Made by a program: the position numbers and the translations under genes
Shown: positions 24,801 to 36,600 of the stretch, piece after piece
How the letters are laid out: every line of letters begins with the position of its first letter
How positions within the stretch are numbered: the first letter of the stretch is position 1
Notes under the pieces: generated by a model
Databases searched by the model: none
What the model saw: only the letters and a program-made list of their open reading frames with translations
What the model was told of the DNA's origin: nothing
Assembly: GCA_043228905.1 (NCBI GenBank)
Contig: JBHGNT010000124.1
Span: forward strand, 9,255 to 73,254
Direction of reading: 5' to 3'
Origin: Azolla caroliniana
Lineage: Eukaryota; Plantae; Polypodiophyta
DNA: 64,000 bases

Positions 24801-27771
24801 GAGACCCGCGAAGAGAGTCCGATTTCACTCCGTTTAAGTGGACCGATTGGACAATTGAGTCGGTACGACCAGTCCGATGAAGAGTCGGCGAGTAGTGGAG
24901 ACTCGGTCGTGCATTCCCCGCGCAGGAAGCCGAGGAGACGGCTTACACGCAAAGAGAAAGGGAAGAAGAAGGTATCGGATTCCGGCACGGATAGGAACGA
25001 GTCAGACCGATGCGAGTCCGACTCCGAGGGAACCGATGACGGGTCTTTAAAGGTGAAGACCGCGTCAACCGAGAAGGCCTCGACATCGGCTAATGTGAGA
25101 TTACGCCGATCTACCCGCCAGAAGAATCTTGTTTTGTGGTTCGGATACAACGAGTACATGGCGCATCATTATGCGTACATGACCCGTGTAGCGGAAGTGC
25201 GTGAGCCGGAGAGCTACGCAGAAGCGGCTAAAGACGCGAATTGGCGTGCCGCGATGGAGGAAGAGTTGCACGCATTGGCGGAGAACGAGACCTGGGACCT
25301 GGTTGACGCACCAAGAGGAGTAAAACCGATCAGGTGTAGGTGGGTGTACAAGGTCAAGTACAACACCGATGGCTCGGTCAACCGGTACAAGGCTCGGCTA
25401 GTGGCAAAGGGCTACGCGCAGAAACACGGCATCGACTACGAAGAGACGTTTACGCCGGTCGCGAAAATGACGACCATCCGTGTTTTGCTCGCAGTAGCTG
25501 CGGTGAAGGGGTGGCACTTACATCAGATGGATGTAAAGAATGCGTTCCTGCAAGGTGACCTTGAGGAACAGGTGTACATGGTACAGCCTCCCGGATTTCA
25601 CTCTGGAACGAACTCCTCGGCAGTATGCCGACTGAAGAAGTCCCTTTACGGACTGAAGCAAGCCCCGCGTGTCTGGAACGTGAAGATCACGCAACAACTG
25701 CGTCGGATGGGCTTCGTCACGTCAAAATCGGACTCTTCCCTGTTCATCCGGAAAGGTCGACTCGGACCAGTCAGTATTTTACTATATGTTGATGACTTGG
25801 TCATCATTGGCGCCGACCTACGTGAAATCGACCGCGTGAAGCTCCAGCTTGCAGCATCATTCGACATGAAGGATCTGGGGGACCTTCATTACTTCCTCGG
25901 GATCGAAGTGATCCGTACCCCCGAAGGCATATTGATTAGCCAACGTCACTACGTGCTGAGTATGCTCTTCAAATTCGGGATGGCTGACTGTAAGTCAGTC
26001 TCGACTCCTCTGGACAGAACCGTCAAGCTTCGTCCCGATACGGGAACGGTATGCGACCCGATGAGGTTCCGACAAATTGTCGGAAGCCTCATATACTTGA
26101 CCATCACCCGACCCGACCTCAGTTATCCGGTCGGAGTGATCAGTCAGTTCATGGCGCAACCTACCGAGGAACACCTTCAGTGTGCGCAACGCATACTTCG
26201 GTATGTCAACGGCACTAAGGACCGGGGACTGCTATATCGGACCGGTGCAGCCGCGCAGTTAGTCGGCTACACCGATGCTGACTGGGCTGGCAACGCCGCC
26301 GATCGCCGATCCACGTCCGGATACGCGTTCTCCCTCGGGAGTGCCGCGATCACGTGGAGCAGTAAGAAGCAGCCGATAGTTGCACTGTTGAGCACCGAAG
26401 CTGAGTACTGAGGAGCGGCTGTCGCGACATGTGAAGCCATATGGTTGAAGCGGTTACTTAAGGACCTGCAAGAGGAGGTGTCAGATCCGACAACGATCTA
26501 CTGCGACAACCTCAGCAGCATCCAGCTCGCGAAAAACCCCGTTTTCCACGCACGGACCAAGCACATTGAGGTGCACTACCATTTCGTCTGTGAGCGTGTC
26601 CTTTCCGGTGAAGTCGAACTTCAATACGTTCCGACGGATCGGCAGACTGCCAACATCTTCACTAAGCCCCTTGGTCTGGACAAGTTGCGGCAATTCTCTG
26701 GTGCGCTCGGATTGCGTCACCTCGACGTGCCAAACTTGAGGGGGAGAACAGCCCCGAACGACCAAGCAAAGCAACAGGAAAGGAGCGGAGGCCGCGACAC
26801 CAAGTCGGTTGACTCGGTTGTCGAGTTCGACTTCAGATCGGCTGAAGAAGCCGAGGGCGGACCCGCGGAAAAGTCCGAAAGCGAACAGAAGGGGAGCAGC
26901 CGAAGGAGAGAGCCGAAGCCAACCATGCATGGGGAAGATGACGCCACCAAGGGCGAGAAGACCGAAGACGAGTTGGAGACAGCCAACTCGGATAGGAGCG
27001 AAAACCGATCGGAGGTAGCCAAGTCGGTTCGGATGTTTGATTCAGATACGCTGAATCAACCGAGGCCCAAGCGAAAGAAAAGGCAGCAGGAGAAGCGTCA
27101 ACACCGCAACAGCAGAAGAGCTGATAAGGGCTGCATGAGCAGACAAGCCGACCAGAAGGATCGAAGCACGCGGAGTGAAACAGGTCGAGGAGCGCGAGCG
27201 AGGCGTGAAGCCAGGAGGAACCGGAGTTGTGAGCCCGAGGATCCCGAAGAGCCTCGAGTTGAGCTTGAGGGGGAGTGTTGAGAGACAAGCTCAACATCGG
27301 CCGGATCGGCTGAAGAAGCCGAGGACCGGATCGGTTGGGACCGATCGGTTAGGCCGAGTGCGTAAACCGGGAGGCCATTAGGAAAGATATTCCGTGAGGA
27401 ATATATTTGGGAGTTAGTGTAGTTAGTGTAGGAGCTCTTAAAGAGCATTGAAGTACGGTCAGTACTTCGGTCAGTCCTTCGAGGACTTGTATAAAAGTGT
27501 TCATGGAACACACATATGTATAGAGTAGTGAATTGAGATCTTTTGTTGAATATAGTTCTTGTATTTTCTCTCTCTCACTCTCTCTGTCTCTCCCGCATAT
27601 ACTACGTAAGCTCAAGCTCTCCATTAAACCTGAGTTTTCTTCCTTCTGTTCGGTCTTCATACTTGCTTCCGCACGTTACTTTTTACATAAATCAATGGGA
27701 CAATCATCGGTCAATAGTGAAGAAGAGTATTGGCTTGTACCTTATCAAACACGTTTTCATAATGACGATAT

Positions 27772-28340
27772 TGTTAGAATCATAACTGGCCACAATTGAT
27801 TCCCGTTTCGTAGATTCACGTGTAGAAATGAACAATCTAACAGAAAACCGAGAAAAACAAAAAACAACACATATTTTAACATGGAAACCCGAGTAGGGAA
27901 AAACCATGTGGAGTCCACAAACTCCAAAACAAATCACTATGATGAAGAGGAGTACAATGAGGAACTCGGAGGCAATGACCTTGAGATCTCCTTCGTCTAC
28001 AAACAACTATGGAGTTACACAAGCTTCCACTCTCTCTCTCTCTCTCACTCTCTCTCTCTCCACACACACACTTATGCAGGCAACAACCTGTTCTAACTAT
28101 CTTACAACAAAACTCATCATAATACCCATAAAGTTTGCCCTAGTTGCTTATATACTAATGCAACTTTATGGCTATTTACAAACATAGCCCACATGGGACT
28201 CATTTTGACTGTTTACAAATGTAGTCTCTCGAGTTGGCTACATCCTTGTTTTCTGTTTCGACCTCAGCCTATCAGCCTTGATCGAGTTACTCATCAACTC
28301 AATTCTTTTCTTCCCATCTGGAGGAACATATTTCCCAATA
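27772..28340 (-). mobile_element. Solo LTR (569 bp) inserted in the Tcn1-like pol
   Basis: TGTTAG at 27772, CCCAATA at 28340 (CA to TA), TSD GATAT/GATAC; removing it restores LLEKY/RHYENVFDK. Confidence 0.75.
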
Positions 28341-29772
28341 GATACTTCTCTAGAAGTTGAACTATGGATTCCTCTTTAGTGGTGCTGGAAAGTCTTACTA
28401 ATACTACTAATACAAACATTAATTCCTTGCGTCCTTCGTCACACAATTGATGTAGTGAAATGGTTGAAACCTTATGACTAGATTCTCAAGGTTGTCGATA
28501 TCGGATTTCTCTTGTTCTCCAATTTATGTTTGGATTGTGTAACTCGAACCATGGTAACCCCAAAACAATGGGATGTTCTGGACTACTAATTATATTGAAT
28601 GATACTACACATGCCAAATTATATAGGACAACACTAATTGGCTCTGACACTTCTACGATATTTCCGGAAGCAATGGGACGACCATCAATGACTACTACAG
28701 AGGCTGGACAAGGGAGTTTTCTTAAGGATATATGATGAGCTTGGGCAAAATTCTTATCCATAAAGCAAGAATTAGCTCCGTAATCTAGGAGTGCTAAGAC
28801 ATGTATTGGAGGAGTACTTTTAGTACTACTTGTTACTTGAGCTAGGAAGACATTGATAACTTGCTTAAAGAGAATGGAACCACTAATGAGTTACATAGAT
28901 CTAGGGTTGTCCAACCAAACAGCTCCTATTTTGGTTGGACTTAGTCATTTAACTTTCCTTCTAGTTGACTAAGGACTTCAAATTTGTTTGATAGGCTTGG
29001 GCTATTAGAACTGTCAACCACTTCTAATGAAATAGACTCTGGCATAATACTATTAGTACTAATGGCTATTTGATTTACCTGTCTTCTTGGCCTATGGGGA
29101 CAATTTACTGCAATTTGCCTCGGTCCATTGCAATAAAGACATAGTCAATTGTAATTGACATTCCGAACGTCGTTCGAAAAGTCTTTTACCGCAACGTACC
29201 GCTTGACTAATTGCCTCTGTGACTTTGGTTCTTCAAGAAAAGTCAGAAGTAAATCTTTGACATCATTTCGAAGGCCATATTGAAACTGCTCCATCAATGC
29301 TACATCATCCTAGGGAATATTGGCGGCGAGTAGACGGAAATCCACACCATAGGCTGAGGCTGGACAATCACCTTGACACAATCTTCGGATTTTATTGATT
29401 GTCGTCCTAATGCTATCGGTGTCCCCGAAACAGGCTTTAAACTCGCTAATAAATTCCTCTAAATTATTTAATAATGGAGATCTTTGTTCTAATAAAGGTG
29501 CGAGCCATGCTAAAGTTGGGCCACTAAGCAACGTGCGTACTAATCCATCTCATGATGCATCGTGAAGTATGCACTGAATTGTGATCGCGTTTCGTCAAAT
29601 TTTGTAGGAAGACTGATCTTGGGTTCTTTATGAATTCTTTCAAGTACTTGGTCCATGTTGTTGCAAGGAATCAGTTCAAACTATCAGGAATAGTATAAAG
29701 ACAGAGAGGGAATTAGTACTAGAGATGAGGATTAGTACTAAGAGGAAAAGAGGGTGCAACACTCTCGACAGA

Positions 29773-29808
<36 letters not shown>

Positions 29809-30019
29809 TGATAACAAACAATATATTATATGCAGAGAATATACAAGAATAGCTAGGAGACTTAAGATTGGCGTTGAACCGAATAGGTTCTCAATAATGC
29901 CATATGCCTCTTTTTATAGTAGGAGTACTCTTGACATTTCTAGAATATTCTAGAGAAATCTAGAATATCCATGGATTTCCTAAGTGAAATAATAAATGGA
30001 AATAATATTTTTTGTATTA

Positions 30020-30090
30020 CAATGTATAGCTTAATAGTAGGGCTTTAACCCATGTGACACAAGGTCATGGTTTAAATCCTTTTGAAACCA
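30020..30090 (+). promoter_or_regulatory. Degenerate tRNA-like module, antisense in the Tcn1-like 5' LTR
   Basis: A box TAGCTTAATAG (30027-30037), AAGGTCAT variable loop, B box GGTTTAAATCC (30069-30079), 31-nt spacing, ends ACCA. Confidence 0.55.
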
Positions 30091-30231
30091 TACCATGCTA
30101 TATCATGACATAGACCATTTTAGATACATCTTACATTCGTCGTTGAACCAAAATTTATATGGAAAGCTACACATATTTTGCCCACCCACATGCCTCTTAA
30201 AGTAATGATACCCAACCTTAAGGATGATATC

Positions 30232-30683
30232 TGTTGGCCAGTGCCGGTCAAAGTATGTCAGGTACAGGGGACAAGTAGGTTTCCGAAATATATTGATAAT
30301 ATTTAGTAAAGAATTTTTGTAGGAACGGGCGGATCCGGAAAAGGTGTACCGATCCGGATTTGGACCGGTTCATAGCCGATTGCCGGTTGGACACCGTTTT
30401 GTAACACAAAACTAGATGCCTATAAAAGGATCCGGATACTAATGTATTAAGGGATGGGATTTAATATAAGAAAGTTTTGTTATTATGGTGCATTTGTGTA
30501 TTCCGTTCTGTACTTATTGCCTTATCTTACATGTGTGATGTATGTGATTGTGAATCTGGATACCGGCCGGAAGTTTACCGGTTTAAGTTAAAGTGAGTAA
30601 GAATCCCTTTCCGTAACCACTCTTTGGTGAAGTGTTCTGAAAGGATACCCTGTGTTAGCGGCTAGTCCAACCCAGGATTAACA
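30232..30683 (+). mobile_element. Solo LTR (452 bp)
   Basis: TGTTGG...TTAACA, perfect TSD ATATC (30227-30231 and 30684-30688), TATAAAA at 30421; related to 4368-4829. Confidence 0.88.
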
Positions 30684-30689
30684 ATATCC

Positions 30690-33600
30690 TTCAAATGTTG
30701 CCAATTTTATTTAATATCATTGCTTAGAGAAAAATTTAACAAATGGTTCTCCACTTCATTTGCATATATCTTAGCTTTTTCATAACAAGGTCAGATGATA
30801 CATCTCTTTTCATCTTTCACTCCATGGAATCTATTGGTGAAATGTGGAATTGCAAGATCTAAGTACAATGGCTTGTGGTCTAAGTCCGGAGATAGTTTTG
30901 CCTCATGCTCCCATATTTTAGGCAAAAATATAATATTCATACCTTGAGTTAAATCATTGAGTCCTGGATATCCTCTACAATTCCAAAACATTACTTTTAA
31001 TCGTGTAGCACTTATAGTGCCATAGGTCATTGCTTGTTATGCCTTTTGATTTGCTTTCCTAGATGCATATGCTTGCCTTCTACGTTCTTGCTCTTGTCAA
31101 GTTCTACGCTCTATTACCAAAAAACTTGACATCCCTTTTAAGTACACCTTACTACTAAGAGTATCCTTGACTAATAGAAAAAGAAACCAAATTGAGAGGA
31201 CGCGATGAACACAATCGTGTAGCCTGCAAACACATATTCTGCTGCCCACATCGCCAACACAACCGGATCATCTACCGCCGGATATGCCTCCACTGTCGGC
31301 CACATACCTGTCGGTTTTCTAGTCTTTGTTCCTGTGCCTACCATAGTAGCTGAGAACAGATCCATGATTGCTGAAATCAAGGCATCATCTGCAGCTGAAT
31401 CCTCTCTTGCTTCAACCTTCGTCGCCACATCCGCCAATCAAGAGCACTTGCCATGCCGTCGCGAACAATTTGATCGGGGCTCTTGTGCAGCTAACCTGGA
31501 TATTCCATCCATTTCGGATAGCGCAATAGAGCTCAAGTTGTCAGAACAAGATCGAACACGGATTGTGCCAAAGATTCAGTGTTTGGAAAAGAAGACTGTC
31601 ATTGCGCAGGTCTTGGGTCTTCGTCCGACACGGGCTAACCTCCGTTTGTTGCTTCAAGCCGCTTTGAAACAGGACCTTGACAACATTATAGATGTATAGA
31701 TACTTGGCAGGAATTACTACCAGTTAGAGTTCGAGTCAGAATGTATGACACCAGTTTTGTTGGAGAAGAAAGCAATAGCAGTCAAGGGAGGTTGGATCTC
31801 TTTTCACAAGTGGAGTCACAACTTTTCCGCAAATCAGGTGCATCATGATTTTGATTCATATCAAACATGTGTGGTTGTTTTTCCAAATTTAAGAAAAGAA
31901 TGGTTACCTTCTATGCATGTGATTGGTAGCACTATTGGTACGGTTCTAGAAATTTATGAAAGACCACGCCGGATCGAAGATAAGTCTTTAGGGGCTGCAT
32001 CTGCTAAGCTTTTGATTTCTAAGTCTACAAGGCTGCCCTCAAACATTTTGCTGCCCAATCTACTTGATCCTCTACAGGCCCCTTACTATCAAAAAATCTT
32101 GTATAGAGGTTTGTTGAACCAGTGTTTCCGTTGTTTTGGGTTTGGCCATTTGGCAAAGTATTGCCCGAATTTTAAGGAAGACATTAACAAACATACACCT
32201 AGCACAACTATAGTTCCATATCATAATATAATTGAGGGTTCAACCACAGTGGAGCATAAGAAGACACCGAAGACACATCCACGTATATCTCTAAATAAAC
32301 TTACACAAGTGCCAATAAACAATATGCAAGACTTCCCTCCCTTGCAGAATACATATAATGCTCTCCAAATGGAAGAGGAAAGTTTAGAAGAACTGAATAA
32401 TGGGGGTCACTTATCATTCCATCCTCCTCAAAAACTCAAGTCAGACTCTTCATCACAGAAGATAGTTCAACATTCTATTCAGTTTGATTCATCCTTTCCA
32501 AAGTTGGTGGTAGGACAACCACCAATAAAAATAGCTGAGAATCAACAACCTTTGGTTATGTCTACTAATTTGGATATCTCCAATAAGCTTAACGAAAACG
32601 TTGCCTCTAATCTACAAGTGGATTCGGATAAGTCTAAAGGACAACCAAGGGATATAGAAATGAACCAAGAGCACAATCATGCTGGATTTCAATTTACACA
32701 AGATCCTTTGGTAATCCAAAATCCTGAAAAGGTGGTCAAGGAACATAGGATGCATAAGTATGCAGGGAAGGATTTTCTCTTGAGAAGACAAATGAGAGCT
32801 CAAGAGGGAGCCAAGAAAGGACGCTAGGATGCTCTTCATGAGAAAAGGACATCGCTAACCCCTATATAATATGGATGCCCTACATCTTCTTTCCTGGAAT
32901 GTGCAAGGTCTGGGTGGTTAGGCTTTTCGCAGATTTAAAGGACTTGTACGTTCTGATTTAGGTATTTCTAATATTGGCATCATAGATATCCTCTTTCTGC
33001 AAGAGAATCACCTGTGCAGGGATAGGATTCAAAAGTGTGGATCCATTTTACCAAGACGGTGGACTCATTTTTGGGTTCCTACCTTTGGCCCAAATAGCCG
33101 TCAGGCTGGATTATGTATAGCTCTTAGACAACACTTGCAATCTATTATCTTGTCAGCAGGTACTGTTATGAATAAACGGGCACAATTTCTTATCATAAAA
33201 ATAGGGTCTCAGAAGGTTGGCCTAATGAATATCTATGCTCCTAACTCCACGTCAACGAGGGCGAGTTTTTGGCTGTCTCTTGTGGAATATGCAGGAGGCG
33301 ATTTTAATATGATCGAAGAGGCCTCTGATAGAATAGGAGGTACAACTACTACAATTTCAGGTTGGGAAGCTAAGTGTTGGGATTCCTTCTCTTTTGCTTT
33401 TGGTCTGCTTGACTTATGGAAGGTGCAATCTTTCTCACATATACAAGGGTCCCTAAATTTTTCTAGATCTAATGGGAGTGTGGTTAGTGCTCCTTTGTCT
33501 CAGCTAGATAGATTTTATGCCAACAGTTTCTTTTGGGATGCGAGAGGATCCATTGGCATTATTCCCAGATCAACAATATCTGACCATGACCCTCTGAAGT

Positions 33601-36600
33601 TAAATGTTACATTTTATAAGAAGAGATACTCTAAGCAGTGGCGTATTCCTCCGTCTTTACTATCTGATGATAGCCATCGGATGTCCATTATTCAGATATG
33701 GTCAAAATACAACTGGACAGATGATTGTTTGATTCTTCGTAATATGGTGGATGCCATACTTGATACAAAGAATTTCTTCATGAATATAGTCTTCGCTTCG
33801 ATGTATCGTTGCAATTCAGAAATTGCTAATTTGCGGCGTGCTCTTGCAACATTACAAAAACTGTTGGAAAGGTATCCAACTTCATCCATGCTACTTTCTG
33901 ATTTGCAGCATGCAAAAAGAAGTTTAAAAGAAAAGCAACAGGCACATTCGACATTCTTCTTTTATCGTAATGTTGCTCGCTGGTCACAAAAGCAAGATTG
34001 AGTTAATAAAGAATTTTTCAATCAGTTCAAAAGAAAACATAAACCTGTTTCTATTACCTCCTTGAAATGGCTTGATGGATCATATACATCAGATGAATCC
34101 GAGATGCGAGGTATAGTCTCAGATTACTATCAGCAATTGTTGTCTGCTACAACTTTTACAACAGATAGTCTTTGTAAGAAACAAGATATACTTGCAACTA
34201 TTCAGTAGAAGATCACTAATGAAATGGCATCTCATTTAATACAACCATTTACGTTCCAAGAGGTGTTATTTGCAACTAAATCCTTGGGTAAGGATGTCTG
34301 TCCAAGAAAAGACGGAATAGGAGTTGGCTTCTACTTACATTATTGGGATCTTCTTGGCCCTATCCTCACTAGAGTGACTAATCTAATTTTTTCAACGGGA
34401 GCTATGCCGGCGGAATGGAAGGAAGGAATAATATACATGATTCCTAAGTCTAATGTGCAATGTGATGAAGTTTCTAAGTGGCGGCCAATAACACTGCTCA
34501 ATGATATTTATAAGATTGTGGCAAAAACAATTGCCTTTAGATTACAATCTATGTTGCCATCTATTATTCATGATACACAGTCTAGTTTTATACAAGATAG
34601 AAGCATTTTCGATAATATCTTTTTGTTCTGGGAAATAGTTGCACTAGCTCAACAAAATAAACAACAAATGGCAGTTTTACTATTGGACTTTGAAAAAGCC
34701 TATGATAAAATAGATTGGGACTTTCTTGAGGCAGTGTTGTCAAGATTAGGCTTTCCTACTGTATGGATAAATGGTGTTTCGACCTTATATAGGCAAGCCT
34801 CTAGCTCAGTTTTGTTCGTTGGAGGTTATGGGCCAATATTTCCGATTTCCAGGTCGGTTAGGCAAGGATGTCCTCTTGCCCATTCTCTTTTTATCTTGTA
34901 TGGGGAAGCTCTAGCTTCATACCTAAGATCTTCTTCAGCTTGTATAAAAGGTATAGCATTACCTATTGCACAGTCTGTTGTATTGGATGTTGAGTTTGCA
35001 GATGATACGGCCCTCTATGTTGATGGGGAGATTGGTAATCTCGAGCAGGTACAAAATGCTTTGCAGAATTTCTCAGAAGCTACAGGTTCCTCTCTTAATT
35101 GGAATAAGTCGGTAGGGTTATGGGTGGGTGCAGAGCCTCATCCTACTTGGTATCCAGGTTCTACTTTCTGTTGGCTTAACCAAGGTGAACTTGTTCGGTA
35201 TTTGGGATGCCTAGTTGGTATAGATTTAAAATCAGAAGTTATGTTATCCCCGCTGCTATTATCAGTAAAGCATAAACTTTTATATTGGGATGTCCAACAA
35301 CTGTCCTTTGCAGGTCAGGTTGTAGTAGCAAATTTAGTACTTTTGGCCTCCATGTGGTTTATAGCTTCTGTTTGGTTATTTTCAAGGTCAGCAATAATGA
35401 AAGTACAAAGCTTGATTCGTAACTTCCTCTGGGGAGGAAAAAATGGATCTCGAACAATAGCCAAAGTTGCTTGGAAGGTGCTGATTCAACCTAAAATCCA
35501 TGGAGGCTTGGGTTTGATAGATCCTTTGATGCAGTCAAGAGCCCTCTTGGTTAAGTTTGTGATTCGAGGATTGTTACCAGGGTCAGAAGCCTGGAAAGGA
35601 ATTTTTGTAAAGCAGCTAATGAAGTTAAGTCCTAGGACGGGGGGAATTTGGTCTCCCTCTCTAAAATGGTTGTTCTTGAATGACGTACAAATGCCAAGGC
35701 GAGATCTAGCTTCTAACCATTTTTTGTTAGGAAACATAAGGGCATGGGATGGGATCAAGTCATTTCTAGTTAAGGAGAAGCCCTCGACTTGGGATGCATT
35801 GCTTAATCAGCCTCTTCTTGGAAATTCTCTATTTTAGGATAATATAGGAAAAGTATTGGGTCTCAGAGCTCACCTTGCCTAGGGTAAACTGGATAATGGG
35901 TCAGCTGCTTCTGTAAATACTTGGATTCATTTCCAACAGATGCCACAAGCAGATCGACTTGCGCATCTACAAACTATTCATGGAGCCAAGATAACGACGA
36001 CTGCCATTTCAGCTTCATATTCCTCATTAGCGGCGACTTTTGAACCCATACAGGAGTATTTCTGGTTTGGATGCTTCATAAATGATACATTGTTGGCTGT
36101 CAAGGGTATCTCACCTAATGGGTGCATCTCTTATTTTGAGGTTCTTGATAACAATAGAATGCAGCCTCATGCTTTTGACTGCAGCTACTTTCAGCATGTG
36201 TAGAATGCACCAGTCAGAGTGATTGCAAAAATGGGAAAGAAGTGGTTGCTGGATCCTATTGCACATATGTGTGATATGATGTGGTTGTATGCAAAAGAAC
36301 CTGTTGCAAGACTACTATGGGATCCGGGGGGTTGGTTCTGGACATATTCCTTGGGGGAACATATCATAAAGGTTCCCTTTTTTCAGTATTCAGTAAAGCT
36401 AGGAAGGTCATTACTAAGGTCTATTAATGTAATGACGCTAGTAGCACAAAAACATTGGACTAACTGGGGTGTTTCAACGTTGCAGCTGAAAACATATTGG
36501 AGATGGATATGGTCTTTCAAGGGGCCTTCTAAATTTATTCTTTTTAGATGGCTGTTAGTGCATGTTGCATTACTAGTTGGCCAGACGTTAAAAGGGAATG

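Larger units (their letters stand above)
15088..27281 (+). pseudogene. Copia gag-pol (15088-15295 joined to 22657-27281), disrupted
   Basis: Gag (NYASWSYKMHQYL; CWYCGKKGHRESEC), protease (WYVDSGASNHMT), integrase (WHKRIGH...CEACQLGK; HSDVWG; SDGGKEY; PEQNGVAER), RT (YKARLVAKG, QMDVKNAF, YVDD), RNase H (YTDADWAG, HARTKHIEV). Stops at 23277, 24629, 24708, 26409 and frameshifts near 23830 and 24660. Confidence 0.93.
11076..27687 (+). mobile_element. Full-length Ty1/Copia LTR retrotransposon, interrupted by two Gypsy-family insertions
   Basis: 5' LTR 11076-11398 plus 14917-15018, 3' LTR 27276-27687 (412 bp), TG...CA ends, TSD TAAAT (11071-11075 and 27688-27692), PBS TGGTATCAGAGC (tRNA-iMet, 15019-15030), PPT 27264-27275. 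Confidence 0.97.
8497..30110 (-). mobile_element. Decayed Tcn1/Tf1-like Ty3/Gypsy chromovirus, split by nested insertions (own sequence ~8497-11075, 27693-27771, 28341-30110)
   Basis: Minus-strand gag (LSGPTLAWLAPLLE...FGDTD), protease (ALLDYGA, MDKNFA...VLGLPW), RT ([29 protein letters not shown]), RNase H (ASDFAIGSILSQ), integrase (SDRGPQF, YHPQT, FAEFAYNN) and chromodomain fragment. Reading is continuous across the Copia TSD ([14 protein letters not shown]). 5' LTR 29682-30110. Many stops and frameshifts. Confidence 0.9.
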
